From the human T2T-CHM13v2.0 reference genome, Homo sapiens: a stretch of DNA of 64,000 bases. This document shows, one piece after another, positions 32,594-44,830 of this stretch. The stretch's first letter is position 1, and each line of letters starts with the position of its first letter. Below the pieces are notes generated by a model. The model did no database searches. It was not told the origin of the DNA and saw nothing but the letters and a program-made list of their open reading frames with translations. A program made the position numbers and the translations under genes. The stretch lies in NCBI RefSeq assembly GCF_009914755.1, contig NC_060933.1; one strand, 5' to 3'.

Positions 32594-32665
32594 CTTGTCA
32601 CATTCACCATTCTTTATTTGCTTATCTGATTTGCTTTGCTTTATTGGACTTTTCACTTCAAGAAT
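32594..32665 (-). CDS. MLLT3: MLLT3 coding exon 9, 72 nt, ILEVKSPIKQSKSDKQIKNGECDK
   Basis: Acceptor ttgatccctag|ATTCTT and donor GACAAG|gtaggt; phase 0-0. Confidence 0.96.
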
Positions 32666-34270
32666 CTAGGGATCAAAGAGAACGCTGTGTTAAATTTTAT
32701 TTCAAGCATCTCTTAGCTAACCAGCCACCTAAACAAAGGCATCCACTGAATGAAATGTACAGTAACATTTGCTTTCCAAATAGCATTTCTTTTCTATACA
32801 TTTTCCTTCTTCTCTCTAATCTTATTTTCCTTGGAAAATGAATTACTTAGATCTGAAATGCTGAGTCAGAAAAGTAGAACTAAAAAAAAAAAAAAAAAAA
32901 AAACAACACAGTTGATGATAAGGAAATTGATCTAAGCTTCCAAGGCTGCTTCTCTTTTGCGACAACACTCTCACCATATGTATAGCAGCTGAGTTATACA
33001 GAGATTATAGTTCCCTCTGGCAAGAATTTTTTTCCTATTCATTCTGCTGTTTCAGCATGACTACTAGTGTTCAGTATGCTAGGGATGATAAAAACAAATA
33101 CTCAAATGCCCTTTTTAGTACCTAACTTTCACATTCTAAAATTACTCATATGCACAAAACTGATACAGCTTTGGAAATGAAGATGGCCGACTATCTTCTG
33201 TGTTTTAAGAAATGATGTGTTTACCCTTGGTAAAACGCCAAGTGCTTTTCCTTTTATCTGGACTGATTACAACTTAAGTTATGAATAGCTTTACATACTG
33301 TATAGAAGCTTTGGTGGGAAGCTATGTTTCTACTTAATAAAAAGGAGAAGCAAATTATTATTTAATAAATGCAGCTGATTTCTTTGACAGCATCTTCAAA
33401 ACTGAGGATTAAAAGGGAAGTATTTTTAAATGGTCCTCACTTGAAAAAGCTTGAAACCACTAAATTTATAAATGATGAGTGCTTACACATGTGTATAAAC
33501 ACAAAAAGCAAAGTAATTTGTCTTTTTCATTATAACTCATTATGAAGTGAGTTGTTATAACTGGAGACTAATATTAAAGGAGGAAAATGCCAAATAAAGG
33601 ACCTAATTTATCTTAAGAGGTTTTATATTCCTACTGTTCTCTTTACCCATTCTGTGCCCTAACTTAGTAACACTTCTGTCCACAAGTTTACCACATTCCG
33701 TAACATAAAGATTTTAAGAATGAGTCCACTTTTAATCTGTAGTGGCAAGAGCACTGATTAGGCTCAGAAGCCCAAGTTCAAGTCCCAGCCTTATTATTTA
33801 ATATTTTTGGACCGCAAAGGATGAAATGGGAGAGATGAACAAGATAAGACCCAGATTCCCATTCAGCTTTAACATTTTTTATTACTAATAAACATTTTAC
33901 TGGATGAGGATAGGAACATGACATCCTGGAAAAGACCGAATACTCCTGAAGGGGCATATTTTTATTTTAATTGAGAATAATGCACGAGTAAAAAGTGTCC
34001 TTTTAACAGTCTTTCCTGACAATCATGCTTTTTTTCATCATTTTTAATATGAAGATAACCAAATGACTAATTTGACCAGGCTAACTTAAAATACAATACT
34101 TTTGGCAACACAAGGAAATTACGTATTAACAGAGGCAAGGCAATCGTTTTTAACATGCTCCACTGTAAAGGAAACCAAATACTCCACTACATTCAGAATT
34201 TCCTCCTCCATTGTTGTTGAAAGTGAGATCTCAAGGGAAAAATCAGCGCTGAGACCTAGGAGCAAGTAGG

Positions 34271-34284
34271 TCAGTAGATGGCAC
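34271..34284 (+). promoter_or_regulatory. Candidate CTCF site TCAGTAGATGGCAC in MLLT3 intron 8
   Basis: 13/14 match to the core CCASYAGRKGGCRS, in a locally CpG-retaining non-repeat patch. Confidence 0.5.
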
Positions 34285-35764
34285 TCCTCGCCAACTCAGA
34301 TACTGGGCTGGGCATGCAGAGACAATCCGCTGAGATTTCAGGCAAGAAAAAAAGAAAAAAAAAGTGCCTGCCTGCTTGACTTGTGCATTACAGAACTGAA
34401 TTTTGTTCCCATCATATCCCGCTGCCTCCCACGATCCCCTCCTCCAACTCCTGTACTCTGGGTGTTGAAGTGACTTGAGGACGCTGTATTTGCAATAGAA
34501 CTTTGCTAACTAGGTTTAGAGAGTTCTGCCACCTTTTCTTCAAAGCAGAAAATAGAACATTTGGACGCTGAAGTCCCACCCCACACATTCCGTAAGTGCT
34601 ACAGCACAGAAGGCCAAAATACATTGAAATCCTAGTTTCTTTCTTCTGAAGTTGCAGTGGCAGGAACAAAAGCTCCGGGTGTCAGTGACCCGCCTCAAGT
34701 TACTGAGTGGCTGCCCAGAGAGGGCTCAGTTAATCTTCCTTCTTTGATCTCTCCCTGCTCCAAAATAAACAGCTTTGTCAAAACCTCATTCTGAGAGAGC
34801 TGAGCCCTGCTGAAGACAATTGTTTTATTTATGATCATTTCTTATCTTTAGGGAAACAACTCCAGAATAAAAAAGTACAACACCTTGTCTTCCACAGGCT
34901 TATTTTAAACCAGTTTAACTGGATAGACTCTTTTTAATTTCATTCAACATGCCTTGCAGGCTGATAGGTGATTTATGATATTCTGAATATTAACCCGGGT
35001 CCAATGGATCACTTCCTTCCTTCAAGTCCTTTCTCCCCTCCCTCCCTGCCAAGCTTCTGGCTAAAAAAGATGTGGTATTTTGTTTTTGTTTGAAATTCAC
35101 ATAAGGGAGGTTTGGAGTGAAAAAACCATCTCTGGTTGAAATGACGCAACACTCTTTATTATTACCTATTAAATTGTACTGAGAGAAGCAGAGCTACCTA
35201 GACTGCCTAGCTACTCCATTTATAGATACAGCAGTCTCTGAAAATAGAAGAATTGTGGTTTAGTAGCACTTTTGTCTTTAATCTGAGAAAATGTCTTGAC
35301 AAACGTTCAAGATTATATTTTTCTGTATCACTTTATGAAGAATGACAACTCAGTTATTCACAGATGGATTCTCTACTGATAGATCTTTCATACTAATGAC
35401 AGTAGCTCCCAACAGTACTCAGGTTAATTACTTGCTTGGTTGACGTGTGACTCTATGTTCACTTTTATTCAGTATGAAAATATTTGACTCCATTAGTACT
35501 TCCCCTCTTCTCTAGTCCCTGGAAGATTTGAGAAAAGGCAATGGACATTTCAGCTTTGCCTGGTGCTTTATCAAACTCAGAGATCATTATCAATTCATAG
35601 AGAGAGAACAGGCAAGGAGTATGGAAGGAGGAAACTCAAGAGTGTTCCCATTTCGGAGTTAGTCCTTCCAAGTATGTTCTCAACTCTTTATTAATCGTGA
35701 AAATTCAGATTCATACTCTTTCTCTATCCCTGTCTCTCTCCCCCTACTTTTCTCCCTCCCTCCT

Positions 35765-35766
<2 letters not shown>

Positions 35767-35801
<35 letters not shown>
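35767..35801. repeat. (CA)n microsatellite
   Basis: Directly visible, ~17 units. Confidence 0.97.
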
Positions 35802-35802
<1 letters not shown>

Positions 35803-36486
35803 TCAAATACGACTAAAAAGTCATTCCAGAGTGAAATTTAGTTGACTTTTAGATTTTTAAGAAATTTTTACTCTCTTATACCATCAACATAGAGAATTAA
35901 GATATACTAGTAATTTTTTTTAAGTCCCAGAAGCTTGACTTAAAGGGATAGCATCACACCTGACCCCAGTGCAAGTGATTTGAGGGGCTAGGAAACCAAT
36001 ACTAAACAAGGTTTAAGAAACCTTTACTTGTCCTCTCGGCTCCAAGACATAGCTCTAAGAAGGTAAGCCCTCCTGTGGTATATATATTTCCTAACCCAGA
36101 CTAGCTAAAAGTGGAAGCATACGGACTTTCTTACCATGCTTACAAGTGCATGGAGAAAGTGACACATAATACAGTATTATTGGCAGACTGATGATTCACA
36201 TGTGTGAAGCAACACTTGCCAAATAAACACGCCAAGGAACCAGGAGTATGCTACTTAATCAGATAAGGTAACTTTTACCCTCTCCAGATAGACGATACTA
36301 TTCGTTTTTGGTTTTGTTTTGCTAGACAGGTAAAAAACAGTCTGACAAAGAGTCTAAACCTTTCCCTAAAGCCAAGGTCTGTTCAAGACTGCCCATTCAG
36401 GAAGGGCTTAAGTGAAGCCATAAGGTTTGAAGGGCATGAAAGGTGCTTGCTGGAGTTGCATTCCCTAGCAAGCCCACTTTTCACTA

Positions 36487-36964
<478 letters not shown>

Positions 36965-37979
36965 CACCAAGGTTCAAATTCTATTCTAATGCTAGTTCTC
37001 ACTGAAGCACAAATTTACAAAAGGATCCCAAATTTTCTAGTTAACCAGTCCAGTGTTCTCAGCTGATTGGCCATGATGCATATGTCTTTCCTCTTTTTAC
37101 TTTCCTCTGAAATGCCTGACTTGTGGTGGCAGGCATCCACACCAGAGGTAAAAGACGGCTGGGCCATGAGCACAGCTGGCCCTGAAGATGGGGAAGAGCC
37201 AGGATATGGAAAAAGAAGTAAATAACTTGCTGAATACCCCATCTATAAGAGATAATGAGGCTGGACTTTGATTTTAATGTAGGACACAAAGAAATTGCAG
37301 TTGAACTGTAACTGGTACAACAAAGAGTACTGGTATCATTCCTACTTAACAAGAACGGATTTGCATTATAGACAAACCTTATAAATGAGGAATTTTAAAC
37401 TATAAGAGATCTTTGCTAGTGCTTTAAATAAAATGCAAAAAGAAAAAGTCTTCAGCTCTAAACTAACATTTTCCAAGTAACACAAAGACCACGGATTTAA
37501 GGGCAAGACTATTTAAAATTGAAGGACACCTGTGAAACAGTATTTTCAGAAAAACACAGTTGTTTAGTTTTCAAGTTAATATTCGTACAGTAACTTGAAT
37601 TAAGCAGTTATTGTAGAGGTCATAGGAAATCTGTCGACACAAAAAGATAAGAAAAACTTATGGTAATGAGAGTATCAATTCAATGCTCAATGAGGCTTTT
37701 ACATTATTCATGATACTGAAAATAGTTTATTTTAGTTGGTAAAGAAAATATCCCGATTTAATTTATTTAACAAATGCTCTTTATCATAGCCTTCAAAGTT
37801 CTGCCTAGATCTTATCCAAATAGTTATATTTTGAGTTGACTATCAAATTAATAAGCTTTCCTTTAGCTCAAGTTGTAACAATGATAATGACCATTATTTT
37901 CTCAGCATTTTATTAATTATTCCTTAAAATCCCAAGTAATAATCCTTCTATCTTGGACGAGAAAACTGAGGCCGAACAC

Positions 37980-38210
37980 CTATAATAATAAACTACCATC
38001 AACTGAGTGCCAAGGAGGGGCTGTGCACTGCCTTTTGCTCTTTACATATATTATTTGTCATCTTCCCAATAACCTAAAAGATAGTGTTAATGTCATTTAC
38101 AGATAAGGAAACTGAGAATCAAAAGCTAAAAGTTAATTTCCCACCAGTAAATTACCAGTGGTAAAGAACCAAGCTCTATACTAGGCCCAAAGGTCATATT
38201 CTTCCTAATT
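37980..38210 (-). mobile_element. MIR SINE
   Basis: catttacagataaggaaactgagaatc core. Confidence 0.65.
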
Positions 38211-38527
38211 AAGGCACCTACTTACTGCTGAAGTGTAAAGTATATAGAAATCAGGAGTAAATGGTAAATGGGCAATACTTTTTGTCACCCTCTCTTATTG
38301 TACTAACTTAATTAACCCATCTGGTGGAACATATTCATCTTCTCATGACAGCAGAACCTCTTATACCCTAACTATGTGTTTATTCCACAGGCTGTGGCCT
38401 CCCTCCCATCTATTTGGCATCAAGAGGAAGTTTGTTTAAAATTCAGGGATGAAAGTTTTGCATGCTTTGTAAAAATGATTACACCTAGCTCTGCAGAGTC
38501 TTGCAAAGTGCAAACCCCACAATTTAC

Positions 38528-38627
38528 CTGGTTGTTGTTGGTTTTTAGTAAGGGTGGTGGAGGTTCGTGATGTAGGGGTGAAGAAGCAGAACTGCTTTCA
38601 CTATCGCTGCCATCACTTAAGCTAACT
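38528..38627 (-). CDS. MLLT3: MLLT3 coding exon 8, 100 nt, (R)VSLSDGSDSESSSASSPLHHEPPPPLLKTNNNQ
   Basis: Acceptor tgtttcttttcag|AGTT and donor AACCAG|gtaaat. The peptide is visible inside ORF 38420..38722. Confidence 0.96.
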
Positions 38628-38754
38628 CTGAAAAGAAACAGACAAGTTATGCACATCATTACAAACAGATGATTCTTGAAATACCCATAGAAATAGGCGT
38701 GGAAAGCACAGAATCCAAACACTAACCCTTGACAAGTTCATTTTAACTCACAGC

Positions 38755-38970
38755 CGCTAACACATATTGGTGCTTACTTTGTAACTGGAACTGTGTTAAG
38801 TGCTTTACCTGCCATTTCTCTTTTCATGATCTCCTGTTTCACAGACGAGTAAACTGAGACTCAGAAAGACTGGGTCACTCATCTAGGGTCACACAGGTAA
38901 AAATGGTGGCTCTGGAATTCAAATACAAGCAAGTGGCCCAAAGCTAGTGCTCAGCCACTATACTTTACTG
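38755..38970 (-). mobile_element. MIR SINE
   Basis: ctgtgttaagtgctttacc..tttcacagacgagtaaactgagactcaga..agggtcacacag..ggaattcaaat. Confidence 0.7.
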
Positions 38971-41261
38971 GGGTCATTTATTCATTCATCTCCCTTCTCC
39001 TGCTCTCCCTACCTACTATGATCAAGCATGCTACTCAAGCTTACAGAAGGTCAGCAAAATTAGTTTGTTGATTACTACCTTTATTTTCCTTTCCTCCTCC
39101 CTCTCTGTTACAGATGAAAAAGTTACAAACATGTCTAGAATACACGCTGCAGGGGAAGAAGCAACCACATAAATGAAACTTCATAAAGAATGTAGAAAAC
39201 AGCCCTGCACCGCTGACAGCACAGAGTGACATCTAAGGATTGAACATGTGGAGCCCGGCATGCTAGGACCATTACCAATCATTTCTACTGTGTCATTATT
39301 CAAGGCTGTCTCTAGTTCTGAACACTGATACAACAATTCATTGGAAATACGCTACAACAACACAAAGAAATGGTATGTTTGGGATAACCGCTTTGGAAAA
39401 CTACAATGATATATTTTAAAAATTAAAGAACTAAAGACAATCCACACCACCTCCTCCCCATTTTTTCTTTTCAGAAGAAAATGGAATTTTCTTTTATCCA
39501 CAATAGGAGAGATTTATTTATTCTACTGTGCTGAATGTAGTCCTCCCTCAGAGATGTCCTCTTTCCGTATTTGCTCCCCTCCTCTCTGGTTATATAGCAC
39601 CTAATGTAATATGCTTCTCAGAAACAGAAACTGTTTTAGAAATCAGGATAGTTTTTCTTTCACTCTGAATAGGCAATCACATTCTAGCTCTATAATGTAT
39701 TCAGACAGACAAGATACAAGATAGGAAATGAAAAGGATACACTGGGACATCCTTTTAGCAAAAACTGATAGAACTTGTTTTTCTTAACTAAATTACATTA
39801 ATGAAGTGTTCAGTTGAAGTGCTGTTTTAAAATGTGTCTTGAGTGAAGTGGAAGGCTAAGTATTTAAACTGATTAAACAGTTGAGACTTCACAAGTGCAG
39901 TGAAGATCAAATGTTACACTGGCACTGACATGCTAACACAGCACGGTCAGGCAGGGAACAAGAAAAGCAGCCCCCAAAATGTGTATCTGTATCAGATGAC
40001 TCACAAACCTACATGATGACCACACAGACTCAGGAGTTGCAGCAATAAGTAGGTGGGCAACAACTAATCACAGAATATCCAGATATTCTAAATAACAACT
40101 AGGGAAATCATCTAAATAGGTCATACGTTTTTCATCAACTAAACTTGAGAGCAGCCAGTGGTCAGGATTTTGGTTGGTATAAGTAAGCTACTTTAAGTTT
40201 CAGTCCATTTTGAGGTCTTTTTTCCCTATCAGTTTCCTTTTTATCAGACAAAAGACTTCTAAAGGGAAATGTTATAAGGCCATGGGCATATTAAAGAGGT
40301 TATATTCTCCTATTTAAAAGGAATGCTGACAGGTTGGTCTGAGAGACAAGGAGAGAAACAGGGGTTGAATATGACCATAAAAAACAGTCACTGAGATATC
40401 TAATGGGGCACACACCCTGAGGAGGCTCTTTTCAGAGGACAAAGCATTGGCAATTAGGAAGCATCGGTCTCTCCAGTTTGGGTTAAGACCGCTTTTTTTT
40501 TTTTTTTTTTTTTTGAATCTTAGGGTCTTCTACATAGTAATGGATAACAGGGAAAGATTTAATGCAATATATTATAAATGTAATTGGATTTTAAATTCAA
40601 GTAGATTCGTATTTTTTCCACTCAAGACAAATTAAAGTAAGCATGCCTATTTGTTTTCTTCATGATAAAGAAATAAAATCCTCAGGGCAATTTCAAGTTG
40701 AGTATTAATTATAAGTGACATGAATTACCATCTTATAACATGGAATTATGCCTCACAGCATTAAAGCTACTTAAGGCACTTAATTGTCAGCACACTTAAA
40801 AGGAATTTATTTTCTGGAAAACACACAGGTGATCCTAGTTTTAATTAGGTCACACACATAATTCACTGGAGCCAATTATGTATTTCTAACTACAAACAGC
40901 AAACACATTTCTTCAAATTCTGAGACTATCTCCAGCAGTGGATCAACACAAACTCTTCAAATGAAAACAGACTTTAGTTCAACAGTCAGTCCTGCCACTT
41001 GGCATACTTTTCCAAGGACAAGGACATCTAATGTGACTTTTTCCTATAAAAATTTTTAGAGGAAAAGCCTCTTTCTGAGAAAAAGGAGAAACAGTTCCCT
41101 GTAAAGTGTGTGTAGGCATACCAAGGAGACCCTGCATCAAATGAATGTGACCATCTACTGCCGTTTTTGGTGTTTCACACCTTTGCTGTGATTATCCCAG
41201 CAGGGCTTGTGAAAGAGTCTGACTTCATCACAGGCAACCCCTTTCCTTCCAAGATACTCAC

Positions 41262-41391
41262 CTGCGACTTCGGCTGCCTCCTCTATTTACAGGCCTCTCC
41301 ATTTCAGAGTCATTGTCGTTATCCTCCACTTCATCTGATTCCTCCTCATTGTCATCAGAATGCAGATCTTTCATTATAGACCTCAAAGGAC
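41262..41391 (-). CDS. MLLT3: MLLT3 coding exon 7, 130 nt, (G)PLRSIMKDLHSDDNEEESDEVEDNDNDSEMERPVNRGGSRSR(R)
   Basis: Acceptor attactcag|GTCC and donor CGCAG|gtgagt. Acidic AF9 segment, phase 1 in and phase 2 out, in frame with both neighbours. Confidence 0.96.
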
Positions 41392-43110
41392 CTGAGTAAT
41401 GACAATGAACCACAGGCAATCAAACATATACTCAAACACACTTAGCCATATTAGAAACAGGGGGATGCTTACCAGCACTGAACACTGGTTAAAAATAATC
41501 ATCATATATATTTATACAATTTACAAGGCAAATTTGGTATAGTTTCTAAAATGCAATCTCTGCCAAAACACTATTGTTTTCATAATGGATTCCCAAAATA
41601 TTTATTAAAGAATCTCTATTTTCTAGGAATTTTTTTTCTGTGTATTTTTCTTCCCTAAGAAAAATTATACATAAAAAGAAAAAGAAAAATCTATCAGTAA
41701 ATTGAATGTTTTGTTAGGTTAATCCATGTATTGAGAAGTTGAGATTAATAAATCACTGTGGTTGTAACTTGTTCTTGGCAATGCAGCCTTTGTGTGGTAC
41801 TTTTTGATCCATTAAGGTTTAGCTGTTCCTTTTATTTCAAGGTCAATTTCAGGTCAAGCAAGCATTTCAGTCAAGTTCAGATTATAAAGTATTTCAATTC
41901 CATGGTGTAATATCCTACCTCTGATCTTCACATTGATCTTGGACACAAGGTCTTGTTGCAGCAATTTTAAGCAGCCAATTTTCATTTTACTTTTTAAGAA
42001 ATTACTGGCACAATACCAGCATGTATAAACATAAACAAGACCATGTAATAAATCAGGTACACAGAAAAATCAGGACAGTATCCAGTATCAGACAGGAAAA
42101 AGAAAAAAAATCAAACTCTAATTTTATTCTAGGACAGGACAGAAATGAAAACACACACACAAACACAAATTCATCAGTGTGGCTTATTTTCACTTTACTA
42201 GGCTAAATGTGATGAAAAATAGATAGTTTTAATCTTAACAGAAGAGGTTATAAAGACAATGAAGAAAGAGAGACACTTTCATTCGGGATTAGGCAATTCC
42301 TAAAGTCCCATCTATGACAGGGATATCTGAGCTATTACTATCTTGACTCCCTACAATCTCACATTCTGCAAAACCCAAATTTATCTGCTTTTGTAGTGGG
42401 CTTATTTCTTTGGAAGTCAGTGAAACAAGACCTCTGAATAGCCAAAACGATTACTGTCTTTTATTTTATTTTTTTCCTGGAAGCTTAGCCTTAGTCCAAA
42501 CACATACAACAATTTAATCCTTTTCAAAACATTCAAAGCCATCAGGAATTCAGTGTGGTCATTGAAAAAGGTAATGTTCAATACTATGCTAAAACACAAA
42601 TTCTACTTTGATACCTATGCATTTTTCATGTAAAAAGAGTGTATATTTGAAGATTTTCCACATACACAAAAATGGAAAATATAATTAGTTAAATATTCTA
42701 GTTTAAATGTCTTTATTCTGAATTCAAGTTAACACTTGATCATGAGTAGAGAAAAATATATATTTAAAAGATAGCCAATTAGTATTGCCTTAAAGACTAT
42801 TAACATGTAGAAAAAAAATATGTCCAGGAGGAAAGATGAAAACCTATTTCCCTATGTCAAAGCCTCTTAAAGCTTTTGCTATTGTATTTCCTTTGGGAAC
42901 TCCCTGGGATGGGCTGTGTCTATAATCCTTTTGTAGCAATGACAATCTGATGGCAGGGACCGGAAAAAGGGGAATTTCTAGAGCCTTGCCTCGTACATCA
43001 GAACAATACTCAACTGTATTCCTAAGGGAAATAAATACAACTGCATAAAAGCCAAGTTATGATTCGAATAATAAAACAGTATAAGGTGATAAATCAAGAC
43101 ATTAAGATGG

Positions 43111-43400
43111 TTTTTTTTTGTTTTGTTTTGTTTTCTTTTTTTTGAGACGGAGTCTCACTGTGTCACCCAGGCTGGAGTGCAGTGGCGCGATCTCAGCTCA
43201 CTGCAACTTCCGCCCCAGGTCCAAAGGATTCTCCTGTCTCAGCCCCCCGAGCAGCTGGGACTACAGGCGCATGCCACCACGCCTGGCTAATTTTTTGTAT
43301 TTTTAGTAGAGACGTTTACTAAACACGGTTTCACCGTGTTAGCTAGGATGGTCTTGATCTCCTGACCTCTTGATCCACCCGTGTCAGCCTCCCAAAGTGC
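43111..43400 (-). mobile_element. 5'-truncated Alu (Sc/Y-like) ~55 bp from the exon 6 donor
   Basis: Reverse Alu ending at cctcccaaagtgc; TSD-like CATTAAGATG / CATTAAGGTG. Confidence 0.9.
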
Positions 43401-43454
43401 CATTAAGGTGTTTTATGAGAAAAGCATCTCCTAGTTTGCATGAGATGTTGATAC

Positions 43455-43530
43455 CTTGTTGCCTGGTCTGGGATGGTGTGAAGCTGGAGCTGGAGCTGGA
43501 GCTGGAGCTGGCAGGACTGGGTTGTTCAGA
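43455..43530 (-). CDS. MLLT3: MLLT3/AF9 coding exon (exon 6 in usual numbering), 76 nt, SEQPSPASSSSSSSSSFTPSQTRQQ(G)
   Basis: Minus-strand acceptor ttcttctttaaag|TCTGAACAA and donor CAACAAG|gtatca. The translation matches the recalled AF9 sequence and joins in frame to the next exon. Confidence 0.96.
43483..43511 (-). repeat. Coding (AGCTCC)n hexamer repeat encoding a Ser9 tract
   Basis: Plus strand (GCTGGA)4GCTGG inside exon 6. Confidence 0.95.
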
Positions 43531-43845
43531 CTTTAAAGAAGAATAAAAAGGCACCATCAATAAATTTACGGGATACCACACATCTAAAGTTGAAAACAGT
43601 ATTGTTGCTCAAACCATCCTCTGCAAAAACCGTGATGCATTTCATTATGTCAAATTACTAACACAGGAGAGTCATGTTGTCTTTTGTTGTGCCCACTGTA
43701 TTTTTATTAGATGCAGAAACAAGTATAAAAACTTGAGGAGATAAACACTTGGGTGTTACATGAGAAAAGGGCCTGGCTTTGATTTCACTCCTACGTTTAC
43801 TGCTATACAGGTCTCCCTCTTTTCATCTTAGATATAAAATACTTC

Positions 43846-44640
43846 TTTATTATACTTTAAGTTTTGGGATACATGGGCAGAACATGCAGGTGTGTTACAT
43901 AGGTATACATGTGCCACGGTGGTTTACTGCACCCATCAACCCATCATCTACGTTAGGTATTTCTCCTAGTGCTATCCCTCCCCTAGCCCCTGACCCCTGA
44001 AAGGCCTTGGTGTGTTATGTTCCCCTCCCTGTGTCTATGTGTTCTTATTGTTCAACTCTTCACTTATGAGAACATGCGGTGTTTGGTTTTCTGTTCCTGT
44101 GTTAGTTTGCTGAGAATGATGGTTTCCAGCTTCATCCATGTCCCTGCAAAGGACATGAACTCATCCTTTTTATGGCTGCATAGTATTTCATGGTGTACAT
44201 GTGCCACATGTTCTTTATCCAGTCTATCACTGATGGGCATTTGGGTTGGTTCCAAGTCTTTGCTATTGTGAATAGTGCCACAATAAACATACGTGTGCAT
44301 GTGTCTTTATAGTAGAATGATTTATAATCCTTTGGGTATATACCCCATAATGTGATTGCTGGGTCAAATGGTATTTCTGGTTCTAGATCCTTGAGAAATC
44401 CCACACTGTCTTCCACAATGGTTGAACTAATTTACACTCCCACCAACAGTGTAAAAGTGTTCCTATTTCTCCACATCCTCTCCAGCATCTGTTGTTTCCT
44501 GACTTTTTAATGATCGCCATTCTAACTGGTGTGAGAGGATATCTCATTGTGGTTTTGATTTGCATTTCAAAAGAAGACATTTATGCGGCCAACAAACATA
44601 TGAAAAAAAGCTCATCATTACTGGTCATTAGAGAAATACA
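43846..44640 (-). mobile_element. 5'-truncated and 5'-inverted L1PA (about PA6-8): 43846-44568 minus, ~44567-44640 plus
   Basis: L1 3'UTR (ttattatactttaagttttgggatacat) and ORF2 C-terminus ([30 protein letters not shown]; [23 protein letters not shown]), then the adjacent upstream L1 piece in the opposite orientation. Confidence 0.92.
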
Positions 44641-44682
44641 GCTGTCTTTCTAAGAGATACCTTGATTACCCTTTCTGTAATG

Positions 44683-44830
44683 TTCGATTGACTCAACTGG
44701 TTAAAACATAGTGGTAATGAGGCTAAGGTCATTAGTTCAATCACACTATGAGCCAGTTAATTTAACTGTGGCCCAAGGCCATGACCCAACCCTAACCCTT
44801 TTCATCCACAGTTCACAAATGGAGGCCAAT
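44683..44830 (+). mobile_element. tRNA(Ile)-like-headed ancient SINE (MamSINE1-like)
   Basis: gattgactcaactggttaaaacatagtggtaatgaggctaaggtcattagttcaatcacactatgagcca is colinear with the tRNA-Ile(AAT)-type GGTTAGCTCAGTTGGTTAGAGCGTGGTGCTAATAACGCCAAGGTCGCGGGTTCGATCCCCGTACGGGCCA. Confidence 0.55.

Noticed and set aside
44064-44580. ORFs with reverse-transcriptase-element C-terminal motifs
   Set aside because: Frameshifted L1 ORF2 remnants.
44683-44755. Possible functional tRNA gene
   Set aside because: Stems and A/B boxes are too degenerate and there is no Pol III terminator; treated as a SINE relic.
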